Source: Candidatus Thorarchaeota archaeon (lineage in GTDB: Archaea > Asgardarchaeota > Thorarchaeia > Thorarchaeales > Thorarchaeaceae). Taken from it: a DNA stretch of 64,000 nucleotides. Positions 28,199 through 39,161 of this stretch are shown here, in pieces. Position 1 is the stretch's first letter. Each line of letters opens with the position of its first letter. A program made the translations under genes and the position numbers. The stretch spans positions 249,559-313,558 of the forward strand of contig JBHLQH010000001.1 in assembly GCA_048884965.1 (NCBI GenBank). Reading direction: 5' to 3'. A model generated the notes under the pieces. That model was not told the DNA's origin, did no database searches, and saw nothing but the letters and a program-made list of their open reading frames with translations.

Positions 28199-31100
28199 CT
28201 ATTTCAGCGTGAAGTAGAATGTTGAGCCCTGACCAAGGTCTGCTTCTGCCCAGATTCTACCTCCATGCCTGTTGATGATTCGCATTACAGTTGCCAATCC
28301 AATACCTGATCCTTCAAACTCATCCGATCCATGCAATCTTTGGAACGGCTTGAACAGTTTGTCGGCATAATCCATTTCGAATCCTACACCATTGTCCTGT
28401 ATATAGAATACATCCTCATCTTCATCATGCTTCATTCCAAATGTGATTCTTGACTCTTCTTTTCCAGCAGTAAATTTCCATGAATTCTCAAAGAGGTTCT
28501 GTAGCACAACTCTCATCAAGCGTTTATCGCATCGTGATGTCATCTCAGGTTGTATCTTGACCTCTACGGTCCTTTCGGAATCACCTTCTTTCAGCTCCGT
28601 GATGACTTCTTCTGCAAGTCGAGAGAGGTTCACATCTACCCTTTCCATCTCGGTCCTTGTGACTCTTGAAAGACCCAGAATGTCCTCAATGAGTCCTGCC
28701 ATATTCACAGCTCCTGATCGTATCCTTTTCAGATAGTCCTTCCCTACGTCATCCAAGTGGTCATAATAGTCTTCTAGTACTGCTTGACTAAAACCATCGA
28801 TAATTCTTAGTGGTGCACGAAGATCGTGAGACACAGTATATGCAAAAGCTTCAAGCTCTTTGTTAGCAGCTTCAAGTTCAGCAGTCCTTTCCTCAACCCT
28901 TTGAGCAAGTTCTTGGTTGAGTTTTCTGACTTCATCTTCAGCACGAACTCTCTCTGTGATATCTGTAATGAATGCGACAGTTCCCTCAACTTCCCCTGCA
29001 TCATTCCTTGATGGGATCGCAGATATTCGTACTATCCTTTCCTCGTTATCCTTTCGGATCATCCTTACCTGATATGCAGACGAAACTCCTGATATCCTTC
29101 GTCTAGTTTCTTGAGTAATTATCTCAACATCATCTGGATGTACTAGTTTCATTGAATATAATCCGAGTAATTCATCTTTTTCATATCCCATTATCCTACA
29201 GAATGATTCATTGACAAAAACAAAGTTCTCCTCTAAATCAACTATCCCTATTCCTTCTGAAAGATCTGTCAGTAGTTCTCTATATCTTCTGACACTCATT
29301 TTGTAGGCCTGCTCCGTCAATCTTCTTTCTAGAACAGTTACTAGAAGACCTGCGATGGTTTCGAAGAAGACCGAGTCTTTTGCTGACACGATATCCGGTT
29401 TGCTTGATCCCGCTGAAAATGTACCAATCAGTTCTCCATTCTTGCTCATGAGTGGCATGATAAGAAGCGAGCGGAATCCCATCGCCTTGATATTTGGATA
29501 CTTGTCAATATCCACATCTTCAGTGATATCAGACGAGATTATTCTTTCCTTGGTCTTGGCAACTCTGGCAATCATGAGCGAGTTTGATTCACTAGAGTTG
29601 AGATGATACTCTTGATGTGCAATCTCATCAGGAACTCCGAATGCTGCTGCTGGTTTCAGAATCGATTGCTTTGCATCGTATAATCTTATGGTTCCTCGTT
29701 CTAGATTCATTGCCTGGATGAAGTCTTCTAAGATTCTTTGTGCCATCTCCTCAGTTCCTTTGGCTTCTACTGCCGATTCAGCAATACTTCTGAAGGATGC
29801 TCTTTCTCTCCTGAGTGCTTGGACCGCATGATATCTTTCAGAAATATCCACCACACTGAATTGGGCAGCTACACCCTCCTCATAGATTACCTTGCTTCCA
29901 AACATTTCAAACCAAGATATTGTATCTCTATCGACATAGATTCGGATAATGATAGGGGACTGTTCATATCCTTCTAGACACCGGCTAAGAAAAATAGTCG
30001 CTGCTTCCAAATCCTCTGGATGAATGATGTTACTGAGATCTTCTAGGGGCATTCCTATGAGCTCGTTTATCGGTCTTCTTAGTTGATGGGATAGCATCTT
30101 ATTGGCAAATCGAATTGCTCTTTCTTTTTCTGAGATTACAGCAATACCCATCAATGATTGTTCTAAAACGGAACGATATTTTGATTCGGATTCTCTTAAT
30201 GCCTGTTCAACTATTATCCTATTGGTTATATCATAAATCAGTGCTTGACGATATATGATATTCCCTTCCGAATCCCTTCTCAGTTGTGTATAATCCGCGA
30301 TCCATCTGACCTCGCCTCCTTTCGCCACGATTCGATAGGGCTCATGTACATAACTTTCACAGAGTTTATCAGCGCTGAATCCCCGAACCTCAGCAACCAC
30401 TCGGTCAACGTCATCTGGGTGAACCAAGCTACCATATGATACTTCTCCCGATCTCAGCTCTTCTAAGGAATATCCCAGAAGATCCATGGAGTTTCCAACA
30501 ACGAATTCTACAGGTCTACCCGGTTCATTCTTCCAAAGGAATGCAACGATAGGACTGAGATTGATGATATTATTAGCTTCCTCTAATTCACGAGATGCCT
30601 CAACTCGGTTGGTAATCTCTCTAATTACAGACACTGTGGATACTCCATCCTCATGAGGAGTAATGGTTGCGGAGAACCATCTATCTTTAGTATCATCCGG
30701 AAGAAGATAGTCAAAGGATTCGCTCTTCCTTGAATTTCGAACTCTCTCCATTACCTCTGAATACGGAACCGAAACTTCGCTAGGCAAGATTTCAGTGATA
30801 TGCTTTCCAATGAATTCAGATGGAGGGACATATAGTTCGTTTTCGTTTTTGGTATAATATTCCGCATACCTACCTTCTTCATCGAATACGAATACTAGAT
30901 CATCCAACGATTGTAGGAGAGTTCTGAATTTCTTTTCACTTCTAGCTAGTTCGATTTCAGCATATCTCTTTTCAGTAACATCTTCTGAAGTCCCAAGGAC
31001 ACCAATGATGTTATTGCCCACATCGGTTAATGGCACTTTGATTGTCCTGAACCAAGCATCTGTGCCATCAGCTTTTCTCATTTTTTCGAAATTATCATAT

Positions 31101-33250
31101 TTGGTAAAAGATCCATTCAGAACCCTCCTATCTACTTCAAGGAAGGCTTCTGCTTCACTTGTTCTCCAAGGCAGCTCAAAATCACTCATTCCCACAATTT
31201 CCTTTGAACTCTGTAGTCCTGCGTTCATAGCAAAAACTTCATTGCATCCAAGGTAATGTGACTCTGTATCTTTCCAGAAGACATACTGGGGAATGTTATT
31301 GATAACAAGCTGAAGCATATCCTGAGATTTCCGTAGTTCCAGTTGGGCTGCTCTTTTTTCAGTGATGTCCTCCCCTGAACTAATTACGCCAATTGGGTTT
31401 CCATCAGCATCTCTCAATACAGCGGTGTGCCATGCAATAAGTCGCTCTTCCCCTTTCTTTGATATCAAGTTTCTCTCAATATATTCAATTGAATCTATTC
31501 TACCTTCAATGAGCTGCTCAAAATTCGCTCTTACTTGTTCTCTTGTAGAAGGAGCAATATTATCAAACCAACAGGTTCCTACTAATTCATCCTGCGAGTA
31601 GCCGAGAACCTCTGTACCTTTTCGGTTGATAAGAGTGATATTCCCCTTTTCATCCAGAACCAGGAAAATTACTCCTGCCATCTGGAGATACATTTCTGCT
31701 CTATCTCTCTCTTCCTTCAAGGCTTCCTCCGCTCGAACGCCTTCTGTGATGTCAATTAGGGTGCGTTGCATTGCAGGTTTCCCATCAAATTCAATAATCG
31801 ATACGCTTGCTTCAACCCATCTTACTTCTCCATCTGGACGAATAATTCTATAGCGATTTGATGGCTCAAGTTGTCCTGTTTTCGAGTACTCTCTGACCCG
31901 CTCACCAATAGCCTCTCTATCATCCGGATGAATGATATCCCACAAGCCCTGATTGTCCAGACTATATATCTCCTCAAGTGATCTACCTACAAGTTGTGCA
32001 TATGCTGGGTTCACATATGCGACATTACTTTCCTGCATTATTTGGATCCCCTGTAAGGATGTATCAGCCAATTCTCGGAACTTCTTCTCAGATTGAATGA
32101 GTTCCTTTTCTGCCCTTTTCCTTTCACTGATATCACGCAGAATACTCTGTATATGAAGGGGTCGTCCATCGGAATCCTTGACCAGAGAAATATTCACCTC
32201 AACAGGGATTTCCGTTCCATCTTTTCGTTTTACGATACGTTCATAGATTTCGTATCGCTCTACTTGACGTATCTCTTCGAGCTTTCTTTTGCTATCGTTT
32301 TGTTCTCTATCTACGATGACATCTCTATATGATAGACCTATGAGCTCATGGCGGGAATAGCCTAAGATTTCAGCTGCACGTTGGTTCACATCTAAATGAT
32401 TACCTTCCAAGTCTAGTATGAAGACCGCATCGTTATTTAGATCAAATAGAGAATGATATCTCAGGTCCGCCTTATCTCTATTTATCTCTGCTATTCGTTT
32501 TTCTGTAATATCATGAACAAACGAGCAGAGTAAATATCCCTGGGATGATTTGATTGGAGCTGAATACTGCTGGATTATGACTTCTTCTTCATCTCGTAGG
32601 AAGATGGTATTCTCCTGTACTTTCTGCACCCAAGGTGCATTGCCTGTCTTTAAGAATCCGAGAATCGAATCTCTAAGGGATTCCAATGAGATCTGCGATT
32701 TTCGTTCTGGTTGAAGGAAATTATATTGGATATCCCAAGCCTTCTTACCTATTGCATCCGTCCTCGCCAGTTTGAAGATATCCTCTTGGGCTTTATTCCA
32801 TTCAATAATGGTTCCATCTTCATTAATTAGGGAAATTCCTTCAGGGGACTCATCAAAGAGACTCCTTAGCATTTCATCCCGTCGATGTAATTCCTCCTTA
32901 GCCCAAATCTGTTCTGTTATTTGACTTGAAGTGAAAACTAAAGATACTACTTCACCTTTCTCAACAACAGGACCTATTCTCAGTCTGACCCAAGTTCCCT
33001 CTCCTTCTCTGAATTCAAACTGCTTCTCATTTTGGGTTTCGATCACCTCTGTAATAATGACTCGAAAATCGTCTTGATACTCTTCTGTCATGAAATTATG
33101 GATACTTTTGCCGCGGAGATCGGATTGCGACAATCCGAAAGCTTTCTTGTTTACATACAAGATCTCTCCTTCGGTTGATGCCATAATGATGAGAGTGGGA
33201 GCATTCTCAAGTACTATTGAAAGAAGACGAGGATCATCTTGAGTAGTCAT
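28199..33250 (-). CDS. Cytoplasmic sensor histidine kinase with about ten PAS/PAC domains and one GAF
   Basis: Repeated DIT/DIS PAC ends, GAF segment, SHDLRAPLR, NSWKF, DNGVGF, GSGIGL; no TM seen. Confidence 0.92.
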   Translation of the reverse strand: MTTQDDPRLLSIVLENAPTLIIMASTEGEILYVNKKAFGLSQSDLRGKSIHNFMTEEYQDDFRVIITEVIETQNEKQFEFREGEGTWVRLRIGPVVEKGEVVSLVFTSSQITEQIWAKEELHRRDEMLRSLFDESPEGISLINEDGTIIEWNKAQEDIFKLARTDAIGKKAWDIQYNFLQPERKSQISLESLRDSILGFLKTGNAPWVQKVQENTIFLRDEEEVIIQQYSAPIKSSQGYLLCSFVHDITEKRIAEINRDKADLRYHSLFDLNNDAVFILDLEGNHLDVNQRAAEILGYSRHELIGLSYRDVIVDREQNDSKRKLEEIRQVERYEIYERIVKRKDGTEIPVEVNISLVKDSDGRPLHIQSILRDISERKRAEKELIQSEKKFRELADTSLQGIQIMQESNVAYVNPAYAQLVGRSLEEIYSLDNQGLWDIIHPDDREAIGERVREYSKTGQLEPSNRYRIIRPDGEVRWVEASVSIIEFDGKPAMQRTLIDITEGVRAEEALKEERDRAEMYLQMAGVIFLVLDEKGNITLINRKGTEVLGYSQDELVGTCWFDNIAPSTREQVRANFEQLIEGRIDSIEYIERNLISKKGEERLIAWHTAVLRDADGNPIGVISSGEDITEKRAAQLELRKSQDMLQLVINNIPQYVFWKDTESHYLGCNEVFAMNAGLQSSKEIVGMSDFELPWRTSEAEAFLEVDRRVLNGSFTKYDNFEKMRKADGTDAWFRTIKVPLTDVGNNIIGVLGTSEDVTEKRYAEIELARSEKKFRTLLQSLDDLVFVFDEEGRYAEYYTKNENELYVPPSEFIGKHITEILPSEVSVPYSEVMERVRNSRKSESFDYLLPDDTKDRWFSATITPHEDGVSTVSVIREITNRVEASRELEEANNIINLSPIVAFLWKNEPGRPVEFVVGNSMDLLGYSLEELRSGEVSYGSLVHPDDVDRVVAEVRGFSADKLCESYVHEPYRIVAKGGEVRWIADYTQLRRDSEGNIIYRQALIYDITNRIIVEQALRESESKYRSVLEQSLMGIAVISEKERAIRFANKMLSHQLRRPINELIGMPLEDLSNIIHPEDLEAATIFLSRCLEGYEQSPIIIRIYVDRDTISWFEMFGSKVIYEEGVAAQFSVVDISERYHAVQALRRERASFRSIAESAVEAKGTEEMAQRILEDFIQAMNLERGTIRLYDAKQSILKPAAAFGVPDEIAHQEYHLNSSESNSLMIARVAKTKERIISSDITEDVDIDKYPNIKAMGFRSLLIMPLMSKNGELIGTFSAGSSKPDIVSAKDSVFFETIAGLLVTVLERRLTEQAYKMSVRRYRELLTDLSEGIGIVDLEENFVFVNESFCRIMGYEKDELLGLYSMKLVHPDDVEIITQETRRRISGVSSAYQVRMIRKDNEERIVRISAIPSRNDAGEVEGTVAFITDITERVRAEDEVRKLNQELAQRVEERTAELEAANKELEAFAYTVSHDLRAPLRIIDGFSQAVLEDYYDHLDDVGKDYLKRIRSGAVNMAGLIEDILGLSRVTRTEMERVDVNLSRLAEEVITELKEGDSERTVEVKIQPEMTSRCDKRLMRVVLQNLFENSWKFTAGKEESRITFGMKHDEDEDVFYIQDNGVGFEMDYADKLFKPFQRLHGSDEFEGSGIGLATVMRIINRHGGRIWAEADLGQGSTFYFTLK

Positions 33251-33424
33251 TTGTCATTGCACCCCAGCAGATATGATATTCCAACCCCTTCAATGGTATT
33301 TAATTTAATTTAGACTTTATTCAACAGGATTTCCTAGATTATGCACAAACATAAAGTCTAAAGGCAGGTCGATTGGCGAAGCCTATCGTCTAGACTACGC
33401 AAATCAATACGTGTAGTTGAGATA

Positions 33425-34255
33425 GTGAGGCAAGATACGCTGGTCATCGATACACAGGACGAAGCGCCAAAGCACAAGATACAGCTGAAGAAAGTTGGCG
33501 TAAAGAACCTGAAGACATTTCTCATGACTGAGAAGGGGGGACTTCGCCATCACATTATTGCAAAGGTTGAGCTGACCATCGATTTGCCTGCTGATGCAAA
33601 GGGAGTTCATATGTCTAGACTTGTTGAGTCCATGACTGAGGTCATTAGTGACGAGTTCAGCCTTCACAAGTCAATTGAAGAAATTCAAATTCATATACTC
33701 GATTCCTTGAGACAAAGACATGCCTTCAATCGTGCAGAGATTAAGTTCGACTTTGAATTTGGGTATTCCAGCAAGACTCCTGTTTCCAAGAAGCGTACTT
33801 GGGAGGTATGTGATGTGACCTCTATAACAACAAAGGAGAATGGAAAACCCTTTGTACATGATATATCTCTGCAGGTCACCGGCAATACAGTATGTCCTCA
33901 CTGCATGGCAAATAACAGCGGTTTGACCCATATGCAACGAGCAATTGGTACATTGCGAGTTGTTGGTAGTACAGATCAAGTACCCACATATGGTTCAATG
34001 ATTGATGTCATTGAGAACTCCTTCTCAAGCAAGACGTATTCTCTTCTCAAATTAGAAGATGAGGTATATGTGACGAAACAGATGCATGATAATCCCTTAT
34101 TCGTTGAGGATGTTTGTCGGAATATCCTGCAGAATGCTTCCGAAACCTACAAAGACAAGGTCCTAGAGATGTTCGCAGAAGCACGCTCATTGGAGAGCAT
34201 CCATAAACACGATGTTGTTGCAGAAGGGAAAATTGTTACCAATGGAATAGATTAA
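33425..34255 (+). CDS. mptA: GTP cyclohydrolase, MptA/FolE2 family
   Basis: KGVHMSRL, TVCP, THMQR, NPLFVED, ESIHKHD. Confidence 0.88.
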   Translation: MRQDTLVIDTQDEAPKHKIQLKKVGVKNLKTFLMTEKGGLRHHIIAKVELTIDLPADAKGVHMSRLVESMTEVISDEFSLHKSIEEIQIHILDSLRQRHAFNRAEIKFDFEFGYSSKTPVSKKRTWEVCDVTSITTKENGKPFVHDISLQVTGNTVCPHCMANNSGLTHMQRAIGTLRVVGSTDQVPTYGSMIDVIENSFSSKTYSLLKLEDEVYVTKQMHDNPLFVEDVCRNILQNASETYKDKVLEMFAEARSLESIHKHDVVAEGKIVTNGID

Positions 34256-34381
34256 GCTTCGATTTATGACGAGACTATTCTAACTTAAGAAGGGAGTCAA
34301 TACAAGTTTTCTATTTAACTATCTGCTATTAGTAATAGTTAGCATATATTGAAGGGAATCTCAATTGTATGAGGTGCGAGT

Positions 34382-37300
34382 ATGAGGTTGAAGAATATCA
34401 TAGCAGTGTTATTGCTGGCAGCAGTACTTGCTATGCCCACTTCCATAATTTCCTCTACTCTCGATAATCCGGCATTACAATCGAAAACGCTCGAATCCGA
34501 TATAACCAGTCCTACTTCTTTTGCTATTGCATCAGACAGTTTGATGTCCGGTACCATGCTTCCATTGACTATAGAGCAACTTGGCTATGTTTCCACTGAA
34601 CTAATCAGTGCTCGGACTGATATCCTTGAGAATACGAATACAACTCTTAGCATCGATGACACACACTCTTGGGTTGGAAGTGAAGCGTCAGTATACATTT
34701 CGGATCTAACTCGATTGTACGTAGTTAATGGTTCATTCAATACAGGAATTCCTGGTTTTACGGTTAATCCCAATGGAACAATCGGATCGTATCCTGATGG
34801 TTGGACCGCACTTAGTTTCGACACCGATACGGATGTCGGAGACCAAACACAATCAGTAGCCTATGAAGATGGTGGACGTAGTTACGTTCAAGTGCAGAAT
34901 GTAGGTGAAGTAACTAATAATCCCCAACATCTCTATACTCATTCTGCAGGGACGAAGGTTCTCTGGAATCAAACGATAGAACTTTCACCTTATACTGAGG
35001 ATTTCATTTTGAGTTTCGATTATTATTATGCACAAGGTCCTCTAGGAACTGGATTTACTGGTAATTGTTCAATTCATGCGTTCATTGAAGGAGTTTCTAT
35101 ATGGAATATAAGCCTTCCAACATTGCCAGAAAGAGAAACATGGTACAGCACTGGAGACATCCCTATCAACATTGCTACTTCCTCAAATCCTACCATGTTT
35201 ATGTTGGGATTGGTCATTGATGAGACCCTAGTGCTCGATGGTGATCTCGATTATGATGGCGATTCATTTCCTGATGGTGCCGCTGACACACAAGTAATCA
35301 CTGTACAATTTGATGATGTGAACTTAGTAGGTGCTACTCCTCCAAGCTTTGAAGAAGTCGATATTGAATTCACTGCTGGTGCCAATACTGTTTCAGTGAC
35401 AGGGATTGGAGGAAACGGCTATGCAAAAATCGTTAATTCATCGTATTGGACACAAGATCCATTAGAAGTATCAATCACATCCAATACTACCGTTAGTTTT
35501 GATTACGATGCACATCTGAAATCGCATCGTTTCATTAATTCAAGTTGGAGCACTGATATCAACAAGGAAGGCGTGTTATTCTCTATTGAATGCCAGCAAA
35601 GTGCATCCTTTGAATTCTACAGCTACTTGGGATTCTTGGGAGGATATGAAAACCTGAGCCTCATAGTGACTTATCCCCAAGACTGGGAGAATGCTACAAT
35701 TTTCGATCCTTTCCTATCTGATGTTTCATCAAGCTGCACCAAATCTTCAGGTAGAATTGAAATACCTGAAGAACTATTGGATCGTTTGGGTTGGTGGAAG
35801 TTCTCGATTGATGGACCAAACTATGCTCAATCGCTTTCGACGCAGAAATATAATGTCACTTCTGATAGCTGGTTTGATGAGAGTATCTTCCGTTCTGGCA
35901 ACAAGACACGTGTGTCTGTTTCTATTGGAACGCTATCATCAGTTCCTGCAACTTTGGAAGATGTCAATGTAACATGGTTCCTTCCCAACTCAACCATATG
36001 GACAAGTGAGCTTATCGATGTACCAACAGGTAATTCATTCTATTCCAGCGAATGGATTTTGGATTCAATTAACACCACTGCAGGGCTTTGGTCGGTGAAT
36101 GCCTTCTGGAATAATGGAACTGAGCTAGCATATGCATCTATAGACTTCGAAATTCACCACAGAACCACACTGATATTATCGCAGACATTGATTGAAGCAA
36201 GTACTGGCGATTTGGTGTCTAATATGGTTAGGTTCATGGATGATGAAACTAACAAGCATATTGGTGAGGCTGCAACAGTTGTGGGTAATTGGTCGTCGAG
36301 TACTATTGATTTTCAATTAGACTCTATCCATAATTGGTATGAAGCAGACTTTGATACCGGGATTGTAGGAGCCGGTGATTATACAGTACTGGTGAACGCA
36401 AGTGGCACATATTTTGATGATGCAACAGCTTCGTTCAAGATCAAGGTTACAAATATTGATAATACACTCACTCTTGATCACTCTAATGGACAAAAGGGCT
36501 TGAAGGAAATCTATCTCGCCAATCTTACCTTTCGTGATCAGTATGGCGTGGGAATTGAAGGCGCGTCCTTTGACATATCATATTCAGGTCCCACTAATGG
36601 TATTCTATGGACCCCCGCAATCGATTTGGGGTCTGGTGAATATCGCATAGAGTTACTAACAAACATATCCGGAAGCTATGTAATTACAATTTCTGGATAC
36701 TCAACATACTATGAAGCCGCAGAGGATACACTCTTTCTACTTGTTGAGAATTATGCCTCATCATTGACATCACCTAATGGGACCTCCGCAGTGACTAATT
36801 ATGGTCAACCATATCATTTTGTTCTTCAATATACAAATACTACTGGATATGGCTTGGTTGGAGCAAATGTATCACTAATCAATGTTGTACCCTCTACGGG
36901 CATGCTGGCTAGTTCTGTTGTCGATGAAGGTGCTGGTTACTATTCAATTCTTCTTACACCTCTTGCCTCAGGAACATTCACATTTCTATTCGAAGCTAAG
37001 ATCATCAATCATCAGACGCAATTCTATTCATTCGTTCTTTCAGCAGATGTCATTGAAACTCTACTTATAGTAGACACATCAAGTGAAGTTATGGCAGTGG
37101 ACGAGGCCTGTTATGTGACTCTCACATACACAAATGATACTGGCTACGGACTTACTGGAGCCACGCTTACAGTCCTCTCACCTCCTGATGGACTAATATT
37201 CTCTACCGTCATAGAGGTCGGGAACGGTGTATACACTATCACAATAACCGCAACGTCAATTGGCGAATATCAGCTTAGGTTTAGAGCTAGTCTAGATAAT

Positions 37301-39010
37301 CATCTAGATGCAACTGCTGCTACTAGCTTGTCAGTCACTCTCATTCCGACACGATTACGGCTTATCGAGTCAATTAGTGAAATCAGTACATCCTTTCTTG
37401 CAGTATGTGAGATTCCGTTCTATTACCAAAGGTTGGACCAGAATCAAAATCCTATCGCGAATATTACGAGTGCTGAGATGTCTTTGAATGGTTTCGAGGA
37501 TGGAGAGTTGATTTGGTTCTTTACTCAAGTTGATGAATACTATATACTACATATTATGTCTGAACAGTTAGGTACTTGGGATATCGAAATATCAGCCAAT
37601 CTGACTCTCCATACCACTAGAAGTCTGATTCTGCCTTTCGAAGTGCATGGTATTGAAACAGAGGTAAACACCTTCCCATTCTTTACTTGCTATATCGGAC
37701 GAGATTATACATACATATTCGAGTACAGAATCGATTCCAATGACTCCATCATTGAAGGTGCTACGATAGAACCATCAGGAAGAGGCTCTCTATGGTTGAC
37801 GACGGAACTACTCTCTAATGGCAACTATAGCATTAGCTTTTCACCGGAGGAATATGGTTATTATTCAATAATTCTTGACTTTGAAAAATATGGATTTGAA
37901 ACAGCATCAACAACACTCTCCTTTGTTGTTGAGGAAATCCCTATAGACATCTCAATATCGTATGAAGGATGGAAACAAGGTTATCCTTTCTCAGTAAATG
38001 TGACTCTGGTAGAAAGGGATACTAGACTTCCCGTTGAAGGAGCAATTGTGGTTTGTGTGCTTAGTGTTTTTGGAACCGAACTTGCAGAATGGGACTTGGT
38101 TGAGATGTATCCTGGCAGGTATATTGGTTCTGTCAGCGCTGAATGGTCCGATTCTGGAGTGAGCCTTCACATAATTGTTGAGAAGGACAACTATCATGCT
38201 GATGACTTCGATATCACCATAGATACGGAAAGTAATCCCGACTATATCATGCAGAGTTTCCTCTCTACTTACCTACCACCTGGTCTTACTATCATAGCAT
38301 TTCTCTTTGTTTCTACAAGTGCTATTAGATATAATCGACGACGAAATGAGCAGAAGCGGCGTAATTTATCGGAAATTACTTCTCGATTTGATGATGCGAA
38401 CAATCTCCTTGGTGTTCTCATTCTACACAAGAAGAGTGGACTTCCTATCTATTCCAAGATTCTAAAGGGTGGCTTTGAAGAAGGCATGATTTCCGCATTC
38501 ATTAGTGCGATCACGCACTTCAGAGCCGAGTTCGACAACGGCGGCACTGAAGATGGAATGAATTGGAGAATCACTCCTATCTCAGATATTATTAGAGCGG
38601 CGCCTACGGAGAATCTTATCTGTGCCTTTATCACAATATCATCTCCGTCAATGGATCAAGAAGCGAAAATGCTTGTGTTCACCCATGCGATTGGAATGAA
38701 AATGGATGACCAATTAGATATGCCTCCGGCGGAGGTTCTGGATAAAAAGACGAGTGATTGGATTACTAGTTTGTTTGACAAGCATCTTGATGGAGAATTG
38801 TTGAAGCATTATCGTTTTTCATCTAAGACAAAGATTACGAGAAAATTCAATCATTTTAGAGATGCAATCGCTACAGAAGGACTTGGAGAAACCTTCTCAT
38901 TGGTCGAATTGACTCGAGGACTTGTAAGATGCGGAATAGATGAAGGGAACGCATACAAGCTAGTGATCGAGGCAATCGACGATGGACTACTAGTATCGGT
39001 TTCAATCTGA
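34382..39010 (+). CDS. Giant type-I membrane glycoprotein A (Ig-like repeats, TM, cytosolic longin/roadblock-like domain)
   Basis: Signal peptide, dense N-x-S/T sequons, ~100-aa beta-rich repeats, one TM followed by RYNRRR, then LILHKKSGLPIYSK..GGFEEGMISAFISAITHF. Confidence 0.8.
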   Translation: MRLKNIIAVLLLAAVLAMPTSIISSTLDNPALQSKTLESDITSPTSFAIASDSLMSGTMLPLTIEQLGYVSTELISARTDILENTNTTLSIDDTHSWVGSEASVYISDLTRLYVVNGSFNTGIPGFTVNPNGTIGSYPDGWTALSFDTDTDVGDQTQSVAYEDGGRSYVQVQNVGEVTNNPQHLYTHSAGTKVLWNQTIELSPYTEDFILSFDYYYAQGPLGTGFTGNCSIHAFIEGVSIWNISLPTLPERETWYSTGDIPINIATSSNPTMFMLGLVIDETLVLDGDLDYDGDSFPDGAADTQVITVQFDDVNLVGATPPSFEEVDIEFTAGANTVSVTGIGGNGYAKIVNSSYWTQDPLEVSITSNTTVSFDYDAHLKSHRFINSSWSTDINKEGVLFSIECQQSASFEFYSYLGFLGGYENLSLIVTYPQDWENATIFDPFLSDVSSSCTKSSGRIEIPEELLDRLGWWKFSIDGPNYAQSLSTQKYNVTSDSWFDESIFRSGNKTRVSVSIGTLSSVPATLEDVNVTWFLPNSTIWTSELIDVPTGNSFYSSEWILDSINTTAGLWSVNAFWNNGTELAYASIDFEIHHRTTLILSQTLIEASTGDLVSNMVRFMDDETNKHIGEAATVVGNWSSSTIDFQLDSIHNWYEADFDTGIVGAGDYTVLVNASGTYFDDATASFKIKVTNIDNTLTLDHSNGQKGLKEIYLANLTFRDQYGVGIEGASFDISYSGPTNGILWTPAIDLGSGEYRIELLTNISGSYVITISGYSTYYEAAEDTLFLLVENYASSLTSPNGTSAVTNYGQPYHFVLQYTNTTGYGLVGANVSLINVVPSTGMLASSVVDEGAGYYSILLTPLASGTFTFLFEAKIINHQTQFYSFVLSADVIETLLIVDTSSEVMAVDEACYVTLTYTNDTGYGLTGATLTVLSPPDGLIFSTVIEVGNGVYTITITATSIGEYQLRFRASLDNHLDATAATSLSVTLIPTRLRLIESISEISTSFLAVCEIPFYYQRLDQNQNPIANITSAEMSLNGFEDGELIWFFTQVDEYYILHIMSEQLGTWDIEISANLTLHTTRSLILPFEVHGIETEVNTFPFFTCYIGRDYTYIFEYRIDSNDSIIEGATIEPSGRGSLWLTTELLSNGNYSISFSPEEYGYYSIILDFEKYGFETASTTLSFVVEEIPIDISISYEGWKQGYPFSVNVTLVERDTRLPVEGAIVVCVLSVFGTELAEWDLVEMYPGRYIGSVSAEWSDSGVSLHIIVEKDNYHADDFDITIDTESNPDYIMQSFLSTYLPPGLTIIAFLFVSTSAIRYNRRRNEQKRRNLSEITSRFDDANNLLGVLILHKKSGLPIYSKILKGGFEEGMISAFISAITHFRAEFDNGGTEDGMNWRITPISDIIRAAPTENLICAFITISSPSMDQEAKMLVFTHAIGMKMDDQLDMPPAEVLDKKTSDWITSLFDKHLDGELLKHYRFSSKTKITRKFNHFRDAIATEGLGETFSLVELTRGLVRCGIDEGNAYKLVIEAIDDGLLVSVSI

Positions 39011-39161
39011 ATATCACTCAACTAATCACTGTTTCTCGATAAAAAGAATGAGTAGTCAAAGTATGATTTGTAATTGATACCAACTTTCTATATAAAATGT
39101 AATTTACTCTCATGTATTGCACGTTTTTGATGAAAATCAGAATGCTGTGGAGGTAACATGA

